Positions 48,272 to 58,984 of a stretch of DNA of 64,000 bases are shown here, in pieces. A program made the position numbers and the translations under genes. Below the pieces are notes generated by a model that worked only from the letters and a program-made list of their open reading frames with translations, did no database searches and was not told where the DNA came from. The stretch comes from Candidatus Latescibacterota bacterium (GTDB lineage: Bacteria; Latescibacterota; UBA2968; UBA8231). The stretch covers positions 2,208,001 through 2,272,000 of the forward strand of contig CBDFJF010000001.1 of NCBI GenBank assembly GCA_965248265.1, read 5' to 3'. Numbering within the stretch: position 1 is the first letter of the stretch; each line of letters opens with the position of its first letter.

Positions 48272-50073
48272 GGTAATACCTGCTCCCTCTCTGGCGACGA
48301 CGACTCGATCAGCCGCAACATGATTGAGCCGGTCGACCTGGCCGCTCGGCCAACGCAATTCTACCATGTCAGCGTATGCGTGAATACCCAGGCCGAAGTG
48401 GGCTCTGACGTCGCTCCGTGTGAGAAAACCGTCGCCGGCGCGTATTTCTCGGATCTGCGTAGATGACCCGGTCTTGACCACGATCCGCGTGCCGACTCCA
48501 TCACGGTTGCTGTTGTCGCCGATCGTTTTGACGATCAGAAAGTGACCCTTCGCGGGGGTATCATTGCGTAGCAGCGTGGGCTCGTCGTCGAGATCGGCTA
48601 CGAAAATATCGATGTCGCCGTCGCCGTCGTAGTCTCCGAAGGTCGCCCCGCGACTGACCTTGCGCACCAGCAAACCGGGGCCGGCTTCTGTTACTGGATT
48701 GAAGTCCCCCCTGCCGTTCTCGAATAGGATGTTCTCGAACAACTGATTGTGTTGGGCGTACGACCCGGCGCCAGCGTCATCGACGGCGGGATAGACGTGA
48801 CCGTTGACGACGAACAGGTCTTTATCGCCATCATGGTCGAAGTCGGCGAACCCGGTACCCCAGCTCAATGGCGCCCAGGTGGCTGCACCGAGGCCAAGTG
48901 CGTAGGTGACATCGGTGAAGTACATACGGGCGGCGGCGACTCCGTCTGCCTTCGATCCGATCCATTATTTCGGTACAGCGTGCTGCTATCGGAAGCGAAG
49001 TTGGTGACGAAGAGATCCAGCCAGCCGTCGTTGTCGTAGTCCTCGAAGGCACACCCCATCCCCGCCTGCGGACGACCATCGCGATCGGTAGCCACCCCCG
49101 CGACAGCGCCAACTTCCAGGAAAGTGCCATTACCCGCGTTGCGATACAGGTAGTTGGGCACCGAGTCATTGGCGACGTAAAGATCCGGATCTCCGTCATT
49201 GTCGTAATCCCCCCATACCGCGGCGAGACTGGGACGGCCTGGGTCAGCCATGCCTGCCACCTGCGTGGCATTCACGAAGTAACCATCCCCTTGATTCTGG
49301 TAGAGCACGTTGGGTACACCCGCGAGACCCCCGGGCCCGACAAAAGCCTCCAATCCGTGCCACCTGGTTTTGCGTCTGGCAGGTGGCCTTTGCAACACGG
49401 GCAGGAAATCGACGTAGTTGCTGACGTATAGATCGAGGTCGCCGTCGCGATCGTAGTCGGCGAAGGAACAGCCAGTGCTCCAGGAGGTGTCGGCTACCCC
49501 GGCCACCGCTGCAATTTCCGAATAGGTCCCGTCCCCTTCGTTCCGGTAGAAGACATTGGCGCTGTAGTTGGTCACGTAGATGTCCTGGTCACCGTCGTTG
49601 TCGTAGTCCGCCGTCGTCACCCCCATGCCCCAGCCTTGGTCGTCGACCCCGGCTGCGACGCTGATATCAGTGAAGCTGGCCTCGGCGTCATCGGAGAGAT
49701 TATTCCGGTACAGGATATTCGTTCTGGGTGCGGTACCTGCGGTGTTATCCAATTGAGACCCGTTGACGACGTACAAGTCGATATCGCCATCCTCGTCGTG
49801 GTCGAAAAAGGCTCCGGCCGATCCGCCTTTGGCCTCGACGATGAAGTGCTTCTCCGGCCCCCCGGAATTGAGGGGAGAGTGAACCCCGACCTGGGTCGCG
49901 ACATTGACGAAATGAAAGCGGGGGTTGTCGTCAGTCACTATTGGGGACGAGTCGCAACCACCAAGCAGCAATAGGAGGGCGAGGGATCGACGAAAACGGG
50001 AGTGAATCGTCACCATCATCCTGGCTAGTAAGAGTACGGCGTGGACTGAAACCACGGGCGCTAGTGCGAGCAC
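48245..50073 (-). pseudogene. CRTAC1 / ASPIC-UnbV family FG-GAP protein, frameshifted
   Basis: DYDNDG repeats in the 5' ORF and an ASPIC/UnbV C-terminus (HFGLG, .RWPSG) in another frame; GATCC duplicated at 48954-48963. Confidence 0.82.
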
Positions 50074-50228
50074 GGAGTAACTGCAGTTAGCGGTCCTAAC
50101 TCAACGGCGAACCTAACATAGGAATTGGGGAACTGGCTGGAACCTTTGGCTGCTCGACCTCCAATTCGGAATTCTCGGAGTGGCTTATACTTGACCATCA
50201 GGAGTGCAACTCTACTTTTGATCAGATC

Positions 50229-50305
50229 GGGCCCATAGCTCAGTTGGTTAGAGCGACGGACTCATAATCCGTTGGTCGTAGGTTCGAGTCCTACTGGGCC
50301 CACCA
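50229..50305 (+). tRNA. tRNA with CAT anticodon, probably tRNA-Ile2 (lysidine)
   Basis: GGGCCCA/TGGGCCC acceptor, ACGGA-CTCATAA-TCCGT arm, CCA; paired 1:72 and no GGG/CCC anticodon stem, so not an initiator. Confidence 0.9.
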
Positions 50306-50370
50306 TTATGCACACCTCTATTACGCACTTCTAGTAGGTACGTCATGCGGCGTTTTCATGGAGCGATTGG

Positions 50371-51747
50371 ATGTCCTTGAGTGAATCCCCTCTCATCCAG
50401 AACTACCTGAGTAAAACCCCGAAATCCCGAGCTCTGTATGAGCGCGCCCAATCGGTGTTCCCCAGTGGGGTCACCCATGATGCGCGCTTCCTGGATCCCT
50501 ATCCGATCTCGGTCACACACGCTCAGGGACCACTCAAGTGGGATGTCGACGGCAACGAGTACGTCGACTACTTCGGCGGCCATGGCGCGTTGTTGTTGGG
50601 CCATAGTCATCCTGCCATCGTCGAGGCCGTGCAGGAACAGATCACCAAGGGTACCCACTACGGGGCTTCGCACGAGCTGGAGCTGCGGTGGGCGGAGCTC
50701 ATCACGCAAATGGTACCGTGCGCCGACAAAGTGCGTTTTACGGCATCTGGTACTGAAGCCACCATGTTGGCCTTCCGTATAGCGCGTTCGTTCACCGGCA
50801 AGAACAAAATCCTGCGCTTCAAGACCCACTTTCACGGCTGGCACGATCAGGTCGCCTATGGTGCCAAGAGTGCGAACGCCGGCCTCCCCGGTGGCATTCC
50901 GCAGGAGCTGACCGACAATATCATTCTCTGTCCTGCCAACGACGCCGGGCAGGTCGCACAGATTCTGCAGACGGATGGAGACATCGCGGCCATCATCGTC
51001 GAGCCAACCGGGTCCAGTTTCGGCCATGTGCCGCTTACCCCCGGCTTCGTGGATGAACTGAGGACACTGACGCAGCAGCACGATGCACTACTGATTTTCG
51101 ATGAAGTGATCTCCGGCTTTCGCGCTGCCCGCGGTGGCGCCCAGGAAACCACCGGCGTCACCCCTGACATGGCGACGATGGCCAAGGCCATGGCCGGCGG
51201 CTTCCACACAGGAGCCGTCGTCGGCCGCGCCGCCATCATGGACATGATGACGTTTTCGGATGATGCCGAGTGGAATGCGACTCAACGCATCCCGCACTAC
51301 GGAACATTCAATGCAAACCCGATCGCCGCCTGCGCCGGGGTGGCCCAGTTGGAGATTATTCGTTCGACCGACGCCATCGAGAAGGCCAACGCCATGGCTG
51401 CCCTGCTCAGGGACGGGATGAACCAGGCGCTACAGGAAGAAGGTCTTGGCTGGGTGATCTATGGTAAATTCTCGGACTTCCACATGTTCCTCAACCCGGA
51501 CGACATCGACATATCATCGGCGGATATCGATGCCGGCAAACTCGATGCTGCCGTGATCAAATCGGTGCCGGGCGAGCTTCAGGGTGAGTTTCGTGCGGGC
51601 TGGCTGGCCGAAGGGGTCGATCCGATTTCGTGGCCGGGTGGGCTGGTATCCGCCGTTCACACCGAGGCCGAAGTCGAGCGATCCGTCGCCGCTTTCCGCA
51701 CACTCATCAAGCAATTCAAACAGGCCCGCGTTCCGCAACTGGCCTGA
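50371..51747 (+). CDS. Class III aminotransferase (glutamate-1-semialdehyde aminomutase-like)
   Basis: WDVDGNEYVD, SGTEA, FHG.HD, LIFDEVISGFR, K.MAGG, GTFNANP. Confidence 0.88.
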   Translation: MSLSESPLIQNYLSKTPKSRALYERAQSVFPSGVTHDARFLDPYPISVTHAQGPLKWDVDGNEYVDYFGGHGALLLGHSHPAIVEAVQEQITKGTHYGASHELELRWAELITQMVPCADKVRFTASGTEATMLAFRIARSFTGKNKILRFKTHFHGWHDQVAYGAKSANAGLPGGIPQELTDNIILCPANDAGQVAQILQTDGDIAAIIVEPTGSSFGHVPLTPGFVDELRTLTQQHDALLIFDEVISGFRAARGGAQETTGVTPDMATMAKAMAGGFHTGAVVGRAAIMDMMTFSDDAEWNATQRIPHYGTFNANPIAACAGVAQLEIIRSTDAIEKANAMAALLRDGMNQALQEEGLGWVIYGKFSDFHMFLNPDDIDISSADIDAGKLDAAVIKSVPGELQGEFRAGWLAEGVDPISWPGGLVSAVHTEAEVERSVAAFRTLIKQFKQARVPQLA

Positions 51748-51785
51748 ATCACTGATTCGATTCACTGAAGTAACCTACGACCCGG

Positions 51786-52460
51786 CTACCGAGTCCCTAC
51801 TCTCGCAACTCGCGGAGCCAGCGCATTCCACTCATCAGCCAGCTCGGACACCTGCTTGAAGGTCTCCAGCAACGGCTCCCACATGTTCTCGCGGATCTGC
51901 GCTGCCGCCTGCTCGTCACCCTCTGAAACAGCCTTCTTCAGAGCAACCGATAGTTGCTCCTGGATGCTCCCGCAGTTCTGTGCCATGGCCACCAGGGCTC
52001 GCGACTTGTCGACATAGCGATCTACATGGTCTGCCATTGGCGTGGAGGAATCGGTTTCGACGTCATAGTCACTGGATGGCCGGAAGTGCGGCGGTAACGT
52101 CTGGTTGTCAGCGTCGTAAAAGGTGTGCGTCGGTTGAATGTGCGGCGTGACCGACAGGTACATGTACACCGGTTCGTCCCCCAGCACACGCACCGAATGA
52201 GGCTCGTCCACCAGGGCGTAACACATCTGTCCGGGCCCCAGCTCCTGGGCAACGCCGTTGATCTTGAATTCGACTCGCCCCGAAAGGATGAGAAAGATCT
52301 CGTGGCCGAGATCATGTGAGTGTGGATTGTCCTTCCTCCAAGGCATGTGACGCTCTTGCGGTTCATCGTCGGGCTCCATGCACAGGATCCGAGCCCTGAT
52401 CTGCGGCGTGACCAGGATGTTGCGGATATCCTTGCGATAGTCATACACCTGCCAGCTCAT
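51786..52460 (-). CDS. Cupin domain protein with helical C-terminus
   Basis: HSHD..HE.F..L.G and PH.V motifs. Confidence 0.8.
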   Translation of the reverse strand: MSWQVYDYRKDIRNILVTPQIRARILCMEPDDEPQERHMPWRKDNPHSHDLGHEIFLILSGRVEFKINGVAQELGPGQMCYALVDEPHSVRVLGDEPVYMYLSVTPHIQPTHTFYDADNQTLPPHFRPSSDYDVETDSSTPMADHVDRYVDKSRALVAMAQNCGSIQEQLSVALKKAVSEGDEQAAAQIRENMWEPLLETFKQVSELADEWNALAPRVARVGTR

Positions 52461-52478
52461 GCCGACCTCCTCATTGTA

Positions 52479-54431
52479 TCAATTCAATTGACCTTCGGCT
52501 CGAACGACTTCCAATAGGCCAGCGCCGTACTTGTCGGCTTTGGCCGGACCGATGCCGTGTACCAGTTGTAACTCTTCCATGGTGGTGGGCCGCAGCTCGA
52601 CGATGTCACGCAGGGTACGGTCGCTGGCCACGACATACGGCGGCACCTTGCCAGCGCGGGCCCTCTTGATGCGGTAAGCCCGCAGGGCCTCGAAGAGTGT
52701 ACGGCCGGCCTCGTCGAAGCTGGTCTCTTCCACCGGTGACGGCGAGCCACGCGAGTCCTTCCTCTTTTTGACCGCAGTACGAGTTCCGACCCGCGGTAAA
52801 GGGCGATTCGACGGCAGCAGCAGACGCGCCGGGCGCCGGGCGTGAATGACGGATTGCCCTTCGTCGGTGACGACGACGACCGGCCGTTCACCGCCACTGA
52901 AATCGACCCAACCAGCGGTAACACAGCGTCTCAGGAGTCGCAACAACCACTCTTCAGAATGCTCTGCCAGTGACCCGAAAGTCGGCGTGCCTTCCAGACG
53001 TGCGCGTTGCAGACGTTCGTCAGGCGTCCCGCGCAACAGCTTGGCCGCCGCCTGAATCCCGAATCGTCCGTTTATTCGCGCCACCGCGCACAGGGCCTTG
53101 CGAACAGTTGTGCTGATCTCTTCCTCGTCCTGTTGCTCCTCCGCCAGTTCCAGACACACGTCGCAGCGTCCGCAGCCATGCAGCGTCTCCTCCTCATCGC
53201 CGAAGTAGCGGAGGATGGCGTCGTGCCGGCAGCCACCCCCCTCGGCCCAACGCATCAATTCGAGAAACAGGTTCCACTTGTGGCGGACCGTCTCCTCATC
53301 CGGCGTGCGGCCGTCTACTTCGCGTTCAATGAGATGCCGACGCAAGGCCATGTCACCGGAGGAGGTCAGCAGCATGCAGATGGCATCCTCACCGTCGCGT
53401 CCGGCGCGCCCGGCTTCCTGGTAATAGGCTTCAATGGAGTCGGGCGGAGCCAGATGTAGGACGCAGCGCACGTCATGACGATCGATGCCCATGCCGAAGG
53501 CATTGGTGGCAACGACGACCTCGCGTTCACCGGCGGCGAAGGCGGTCTGCACCTGCTCCCTGTAGGCCCCGTCCATGCCGGCGTGGTAGGCGACGGCATC
53601 CCAACCGGTCTCAACCAGGTAGGCGGCCTCTTCCTCGGTGCTGCGGCGAGTGGGGGCGTAGACGATGGCGGTGCCGCTCCGTTGCCCCGGCTGTCCCAGA
53701 CTTTCCGCCAGCACGGCATTCACGTGCGCACGTCGTTCGCTCTTGCCACTCGTCTCGCGCACCCGCAGAGCCAGATTGGGCCGGGCGAACCCGCGCAACA
53801 GCTGCGGTGTGTCGGGCGGTACACCCAGGCGCTCGAGAATCTCGTCCCGGACAACCGGTGTCGCCGTGGCGGTGCAGGCCAGCAGCAGGGCGTCCGGCAC
53901 TTGGGGCAGCAGCTCGCCGATCTGCATGTACTCGGGCCGAAAATCGTGGCCCCACTGGCTGATGCAATGGGCCTCATCCACGGCGACCAGCGAGCACTCC
54001 AGTTGCGACAGCATGGCGCGGAAGCCGCTGTGACCCAGGCGCTCGGGTGCCACGTAGACGAGTTTGAACTCACCGCGAGCGACGGCTTGCATCCGCTGCT
54101 TGAGTTCCTCGCCGTCTAGCGTGCCTGCCAGATAGGTGGCCGCCACACCACGCTCGGCAAGGGCCAGCACTTGGTCGTGCATCAGCGAGATCAGGGGCGA
54201 GATAACCAGTGCCGTGCCGGGCAGGCAAGCGGCGGGCAGCTGGTAAATCAAACTCTTGCCGCCTCCCGTCGGGGCCACCAGCAAAAGCCGGCCGATGTTG
54301 AGCAGGGTTTCGACAGCTTCGCGTTGACCGGGACGGAAGTCGCCGAACCCTAGACGTTGAAGGCCGGCCTCCATGTCGAATTCGGCAAGTGCTGTCACAC
54401 CGTTTCCTGCATCACTCACTGGTGGGGTCAT
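52479..54431 (-). CDS. recQ: RecQ family DNA helicase (RQC and HRDC domains)
   Basis: FRPGQ, PTGGGKS, DEAHCISQWGHDFRP, TATA, AFGMGID, QEAGRAGRDG, CG.CD.C, VPPY HRDC. Confidence 0.93.
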   Translation of the reverse strand: MTPPVSDAGNGVTALAEFDMEAGLQRLGFGDFRPGQREAVETLLNIGRLLLVAPTGGGKSLIYQLPAACLPGTALVISPLISLMHDQVLALAERGVAATYLAGTLDGEELKQRMQAVARGEFKLVYVAPERLGHSGFRAMLSQLECSLVAVDEAHCISQWGHDFRPEYMQIGELLPQVPDALLLACTATATPVVRDEILERLGVPPDTPQLLRGFARPNLALRVRETSGKSERRAHVNAVLAESLGQPGQRSGTAIVYAPTRRSTEEEAAYLVETGWDAVAYHAGMDGAYREQVQTAFAAGEREVVVATNAFGMGIDRHDVRCVLHLAPPDSIEAYYQEAGRAGRDGEDAICMLLTSSGDMALRRHLIEREVDGRTPDEETVRHKWNLFLELMRWAEGGGCRHDAILRYFGDEEETLHGCGRCDVCLELAEEQQDEEEISTTVRKALCAVARINGRFGIQAAAKLLRGTPDERLQRARLEGTPTFGSLAEHSEEWLLRLLRRCVTAGWVDFSGGERPVVVVTDEGQSVIHARRPARLLLPSNRPLPRVGTRTAVKKRKDSRGSPSPVEETSFDEAGRTLFEALRAYRIKRARAGKVPPYVVASDRTLRDIVELRPTTMEELQLVHGIGPAKADKYGAGLLEVVRAEGQLN

Positions 54432-54562
54432 TCGGTAACACCATCGCCAGCACCTTCCCGCAAAGGGTCGGTTGCGGGGCCGACTCTGGTTTGCCTGATT
54501 CGACTACGATTGGTCTGACTACATCTGGCCATCGCGACGCGAAATACGTACCACCTATTCGA

Positions 54563-55201
54563 TCAATCCGCGAGTGCGAGCATCAACGCCCGCAGCCCTT
54601 CGCAGCGCGCCCGATTCTGCTTTAGCAGGTTCGTCCACTTGCCTTTGCCTACTGGAGTCATTGCCTCATAAGAGCCTCGCGAACGCATCATCGCACGCAC
54701 ATCCCTCAACCTCTTACTGATGGCCTTGCCGTCGAGACCGGAGTGGCAGGTAACCCCGCTCATGCGAAGCAGCTCACCCAGGCTCAAACTTGAGCGCCTG
54801 CTCGAACCTGAGCGCGTGCTCTTAATCCCCCCGCGCCTCCACCATTCGCTGCCCAGTTGCTGGCCGTCAATGAACAACCGGCGCAGTTCATCGACCTCGT
54901 CGGGACCCGCGATTTCCAGGCAACGGAGCGAAAATCCGAACACCAAGCGCTCTTCCTCCCGGGCCAGCTGCAGTAGCGAATGCACCTCGGATTCCGCAGA
55001 GTTGATCCGCAATTCCTTCGCCAGTGCCGCGTCCGCGAAGTCGGTGTCGAAGATGACCTGATCGAGGTGCTCCTCGACCAGGATGCCCAGCACCACCGGC
55101 GGGCAGCCTCGAACCCCTTGTGCATCGAGATAGATGCCGCGCTGGGCTGCAACCGCTGTGAGAGGTGCCGTGTCGATTTCGCCGTCGATCTCCCGTAGCA
55201 T
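54563..55201 (-). CDS. Hypothetical protein, possibly a degenerate RNase H/DEDD-like fold
   Basis: ORF fills the gap upstream of recQ; weak IYLD.QG...PP..LG and KW..LL..N...C patterns. Confidence 0.45.
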   Translation of the reverse strand: MLREIDGEIDTAPLTAVAAQRGIYLDAQGVRGCPPVVLGILVEEHLDQVIFDTDFADAALAKELRINSAESEVHSLLQLAREEERLVFGFSLRCLEIAGPDEVDELRRLFIDGQQLGSEWWRRGGIKSTRSGSSRRSSLSLGELLRMSGVTCHSGLDGKAISKRLRDVRAMMRSRGSYEAMTPVGKGKWTNLLKQNRARCEGLRALMLALAD

Positions 55202-55332
55202 CCGCTAAGCTAACCCCCTGCCTGCAACACGCGCCATTTGCCAAACGCGCGCCGGCCATCGGTCTTTGCGCCCTTGCCCTGTCAATCCTATTTTTCAGCC
55301 ATGGTACAAACATGGTCACAGATTTCGATATG

Positions 55333-55409
55333 GGGCGATTAGCTCAGTTGGTTAGAGCGCTGGTTTCACATACCAGAGGTCACTAGTTCAAATCTAGTAT
55401 CGCCCACCA
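55333..55409 (+). tRNA. tRNA-Val(CAC)
   Basis: GGGCGAT/ATCGCCC acceptor, CTGGT-TTCACAT-ACCAG arm, CCA. Confidence 0.96.
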
Positions 55410-55424
55410 TCTCTCTGCTGGTCG

Positions 55425-55459
55425 AAAACCCCGAGGCCCTCGTGCTCCGGGGTTTTTTT
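55425..55459 (+). terminator. Intrinsic terminator after tRNA-Val(CAC)
   Basis: AAAACCCCG...CGGGG followed by T7. Confidence 0.8.
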
Positions 55460-55611
55460 GTGGATACCCTCAGCCCTCCACCAGAGGAGGCCGCAGCCCT
55501 CGCCGACTCCCGCTCGTTCGCAACATCACCCTTGTGCATTCTTGCACCCTTCTTTAGCAATTATAGCGCACCCTCGCGCGCCCAACCCACCACTTCTCAG
55601 GGAGATCCCCC

Positions 55612-56523
55612 GTGTTCAGGCCCATCCTTGCTCTGCTCGCCGCTGCAACCCTCTCCTGTCAAACCGACGACTCGGTCGGCGGCGATGCCGCGGCGTGGAA
55701 CGGTCATCTCCAGAACGCGGATCGTGCACGCAAGGCGAAGCAGCTCGAACGGGCAGAAATCGAGATACGCACGGCGCTGCGTCTGTTGGAGAAGTCTCCG
55801 AGTGAGCGACGGACCTATACTCGAGTATTGGCTTCCCTGGCTCGTCTCAAAGGTGACAAGCAGGAATTTGCCGCCGCGGGCAGTTTGTTCGAGGCCTCGA
55901 TCGATATCCAGTTGAAGGAGCTGGGCACCGAAGGACTGGTGAGTGACCATCTGGTCCATGACATGGGGCAGTTGGCGATAGTCAGAAACCTGCAGAAGAA
56001 CCCGGCTGCAGCCGAATCCCTGCTGACCCGGATCCTGACGTTGCGGGAGCAGGGGGTAATTTCGCTCGATCCCATTGAGCCCAATTATTCCCAGGTGTTT
56101 GGCATGATGGCGCCCTTCGTCCGGGAGCGCGGTTTGACTCAGCGTGCGGATTCGCTGCAAGCGCTCTCTGAGACCTATGAGCAGTACTGGCGGGGCTTCG
56201 ATGCCCAGGTTCGCGAGCAATACCCGAAGGCGCAGGAGCATTACCTGAAGGCTGTGAGCAGCGGCGAAAAGGTGCTCGGAGCAACCCACCCCGACATCGC
56301 CCGCTTCTGCCGTGATCTGTCCGCGGCCTACACGATGCAGGCCAAACACGACCAGGCCACGGCGATGCTCACCAGGGCGGTCACGATTCTCGAACAATTG
56401 GACGAGCCAATCGCCCTCGCGGGGGCCTTGGGAGAGTTGGCAGATGGACTGGATCGCTTGAACAAAACAACGGAGGCCGAGGCGACCCGCGAGCGACTCG
56501 CCTCTCTACGCCAAGCGAGGTGA
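55612..56523 (+). CDS. TPR-repeat lipoprotein
   Basis: Lipobox-like TLSC; TPR_12-type repeats (LG..HPD.A). Confidence 0.75.
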   Translation: MFRPILALLAAATLSCQTDDSVGGDAAAWNGHLQNADRARKAKQLERAEIEIRTALRLLEKSPSERRTYTRVLASLARLKGDKQEFAAAGSLFEASIDIQLKELGTEGLVSDHLVHDMGQLAIVRNLQKNPAAAESLLTRILTLREQGVISLDPIEPNYSQVFGMMAPFVRERGLTQRADSLQALSETYEQYWRGFDAQVREQYPKAQEHYLKAVSSGEKVLGATHPDIARFCRDLSAAYTMQAKHDQATAMLTRAVTILEQLDEPIALAGALGELADGLDRLNKTTEAEATRERLASLRQAR

Positions 56524-56805
56524 AGCGCCTCGCTGTGCGAGATGAAGCGCTCCGAGGTGCGTGAGGCTTGACCAACGGGCAAAAGAGCCTAGTTTTTGAC
56601 CCATGTGCGAAACGCATGGCGCCTGCCAGCGCCAGCAGACAGAGGAACTGACGTGGTATGAAGTGCATCCATAATGAAGCGATGCACTTTTTCTTTTGTG
56701 CCGCTCGCTCGCAGGGATGGGTGAGCGTCACCACGACGGCTAACAGTCGGCGACGAAAGTCGTCCGTTCGCGGGGGATAGCCAAACTCGGAGGTTAGTTC
56801 GCTCG

Positions 56806-57516
56806 ATGAAGGATGAACTACTGCAGCTGTTGAAGGTTCAGGACGTCGAACAGGAGTTGCGTGCGCTCGAAGAGGCCAAGAGCAAGTACCCCACCGAAAT
56901 CTCGGAACGAAAGGCCACCGTTGCACAAGCCGAGGGCCGGCTCAGTGAATTGAGCGAGAGCCTCGAGGAGCTCGACAAGCAACAGCGTCACCACACCAGA
57001 GAGATCGAGACCGCCCAGGAGCAATTGAAGAAATTGGAGGAGCGCTTCGCCGAGGTCACGACGAACAAGGAGTACGACGCCCTCCAGATGGAAATTGAAT
57101 CCTGCAAGAACCGGATTTCGGATAGCGAGTCGCAGATCCTGTCGATCATCGAGACCGCTGAAGAGATGCGCGAGCAGTCAGAGCTAGAGACGCAGGAGGT
57201 CGAGGAGGTCCGGCAGGCGGAACAGAGTCGAATCGATGAGTTGCAGACCAAGCTCGACTCGCTGCAGAGCGAAGTCGACGGCGTGGTCTCCCGTCGCAAA
57301 GCCGCGATGAAGGGCATCGACCCGGAACTGATCGCCGTCTACGAACGAGGAGGCAACACCAGGGGCATCCGTATCTCAGCCGTGCGCAAGGGATCGTGCG
57401 GCGTCTGCTACAGGCAGCTGCCGGCCCAGCAAAAGAGCAACACGCGGCGCAACGACCAGATCCTCCATTGCGAAAGCTGCAGCTCCATCCTCGTGTGGGA
57501 CGATCGATCAACTTGA
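56806..57516 (+). CDS. DUF164 coiled-coil / C4 zinc-ribbon protein
   Basis: L..LL..Q..., long coiled coil, NKEY.A, C..C and C..C..IL; upstream of rnpB as in many bacteria. Confidence 0.88.
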   Translation: MKDELLQLLKVQDVEQELRALEEAKSKYPTEISERKATVAQAEGRLSELSESLEELDKQQRHHTREIETAQEQLKKLEERFAEVTTNKEYDALQMEIESCKNRISDSESQILSIIETAEEMREQSELETQEVEEVRQAEQSRIDELQTKLDSLQSEVDGVVSRRKAAMKGIDPELIAVYERGGNTRGIRISAVRKGSCGVCYRQLPAQQKSNTRRNDQILHCESCSSILVWDDRST

Positions 57517-57530
57517 GCAGGAACCAGATT

Positions 57531-57937
57531 GCAGGAGCGGTTTGGGTGATCGCGCTACCGGCTTGGAGGTCTACGGCTTCCATCCGGGGTGAGGAAAGTC
57601 CGAGCTCCGCAGGACAGGATGCTGGGTAACTCCCAGGGGGGGCGACCCCACAGATAGTGCCACAGAAAAAATACCGCCTGTCGGCACGCCTCGTTGCGAC
57701 CGATAGGTAAGGGTGAAAAGGTGAGGTAAGAGCTCACCGCGTCTCCGGCGACGGAGGCGGCATGGTAAACCTCATCCGGAGCAAGGCCAAATAGGGGAGG
57801 AGAGGTGGTCCGCCTCGTTAACTCCCGGGTAGGCCGCACCGAGGTCGGCGGGTAACCCCGGCCCCAGATGAATGATCGCCGACGCGAGCGCCAAAGCGTT
57901 CGCGTAGACAGAACTCGGCTTACAGAGCCGCTCCTGC
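57531..57937 (+). ncRNA. rnpB: RNase P RNA (type A)
   Basis: GAGGAAAGTCC, AGTGCCACAGAAA, GGTAAAC..GAGCAAG, ACAGAACTCGGCTTA; terminal helix GCAGGAGCGG/CCGCTCCTGC. Confidence 0.96.
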
Positions 57938-57947
57938 GAAATAAAGC

Positions 57948-58982
57948 ATGCGCTTCCTAGTTGTCACGACATTACGACTGACTGCCAGCCTGAGCATGGC
58001 AGTTGCGACGGTTCACGGCCAGGACGTGGTCGAACCCCTGATCGTCGACTCGCATCAGCAAGCGACTGTCGTCGAAGGCAGCATGGACTGGACAGGCGGA
58101 GTCCTGACCGTCTACGGCGAAGGTGTGGCACCGGATGGCATCAGCAACCTGGTGCAGCGCCGTCTGCTCGGCTTCACCGCCGCCAAGGTGGTCGCCTACC
58201 GTAATCTGCTCGAACTGATCGGTGAGGTGCACGTCGACGCACATACAACCGTTAGCATGGCGATGGTCAGCAGCGATTCCATCCGGACCCGCGTCGAAGG
58301 TATCGTCAAAGGAGCCCGCGTCCTCGCGGACAGTCGTGAGGAATCGGAAGGACTCTACCGCCTGGCGATCGCCCTGGACATCCACGGCGAGTTCGCCGAT
58401 GCAGTCCTGCCGCCTGCAGGGGATGAGCCGTCCACCTCCGAGGCCGAGCTGCCCGATGAATTGCCAGAAGCGGACTCAGTGATCGTGTTCGTCCCGCCCC
58501 AACCCTATACCGGATTGATCATTGATGCGCGCGGCACTGACCTGCGCCCGGCGATGTCACCTCGGATCCTGGATACCAGAGGCCACGTCGTCTACAGCGC
58601 CGATCATGTTGACCGCGACTACGCTGTCGAAATCGGCATCGTCGGCTACGACAAGAACATCACCAGGGCGGTGGCGAGCGACCGCATGGGTGGCGCGCAA
58701 GCACGGCCCCTCATCCTGGATGCGAAGGAGATCACGGGACTGTACGGTGGCGACGTCGTCATCAGCAGGGACAGCAGCCTTCGCCTGATCCTGGCCAACG
58801 CGGAGAGCGACTTCCTCTCTGAGTGCCGGGTCATCTTCGTGGTCGGGCCCAAACCACCGCCGATGGCCACCACGTTCTTCGACACCGCCTCCGTCGACTC
58901 TGTCCTTCTCGACTCGCTGGCGTACCCGGACACGGCGCAGGATCTGGTCGAACCCGGATTCATCTTACCAGAGGGACTTTGA
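57948..58982 (+). CDS. Secreted LPP20-like protein
   Basis: Signal peptide; AA...AYRNLLE, G.VKGA, YTGLIIDARG..L.PAMSPRI. Confidence 0.6.
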   Translation: MRFLVVTTLRLTASLSMAVATVHGQDVVEPLIVDSHQQATVVEGSMDWTGGVLTVYGEGVAPDGISNLVQRRLLGFTAAKVVAYRNLLELIGEVHVDAHTTVSMAMVSSDSIRTRVEGIVKGARVLADSREESEGLYRLAIALDIHGEFADAVLPPAGDEPSTSEAELPDELPEADSVIVFVPPQPYTGLIIDARGTDLRPAMSPRILDTRGHVVYSADHVDRDYAVEIGIVGYDKNITRAVASDRMGGAQARPLILDAKEITGLYGGDVVISRDSSLRLILANAESDFLSECRVIFVVGPKPPPMATTFFDTASVDSVLLDSLAYPDTAQDLVEPGFILPEGL

Positions 58983-58984
58983 TC

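Noticed and set aside
50229-55409. Island between tRNA(CAT) and tRNA-Val(CAC)
   Set aside because: No integrase or duplicated tRNA end noticed, and composition resembles the core genes.
56720-56800. Riboswitch upstream of the DUF164 gene
   Set aside because: Only one short GAAA-loop hairpin (CGAC-GAAA-GTCG); no aptamer consensus recognised.
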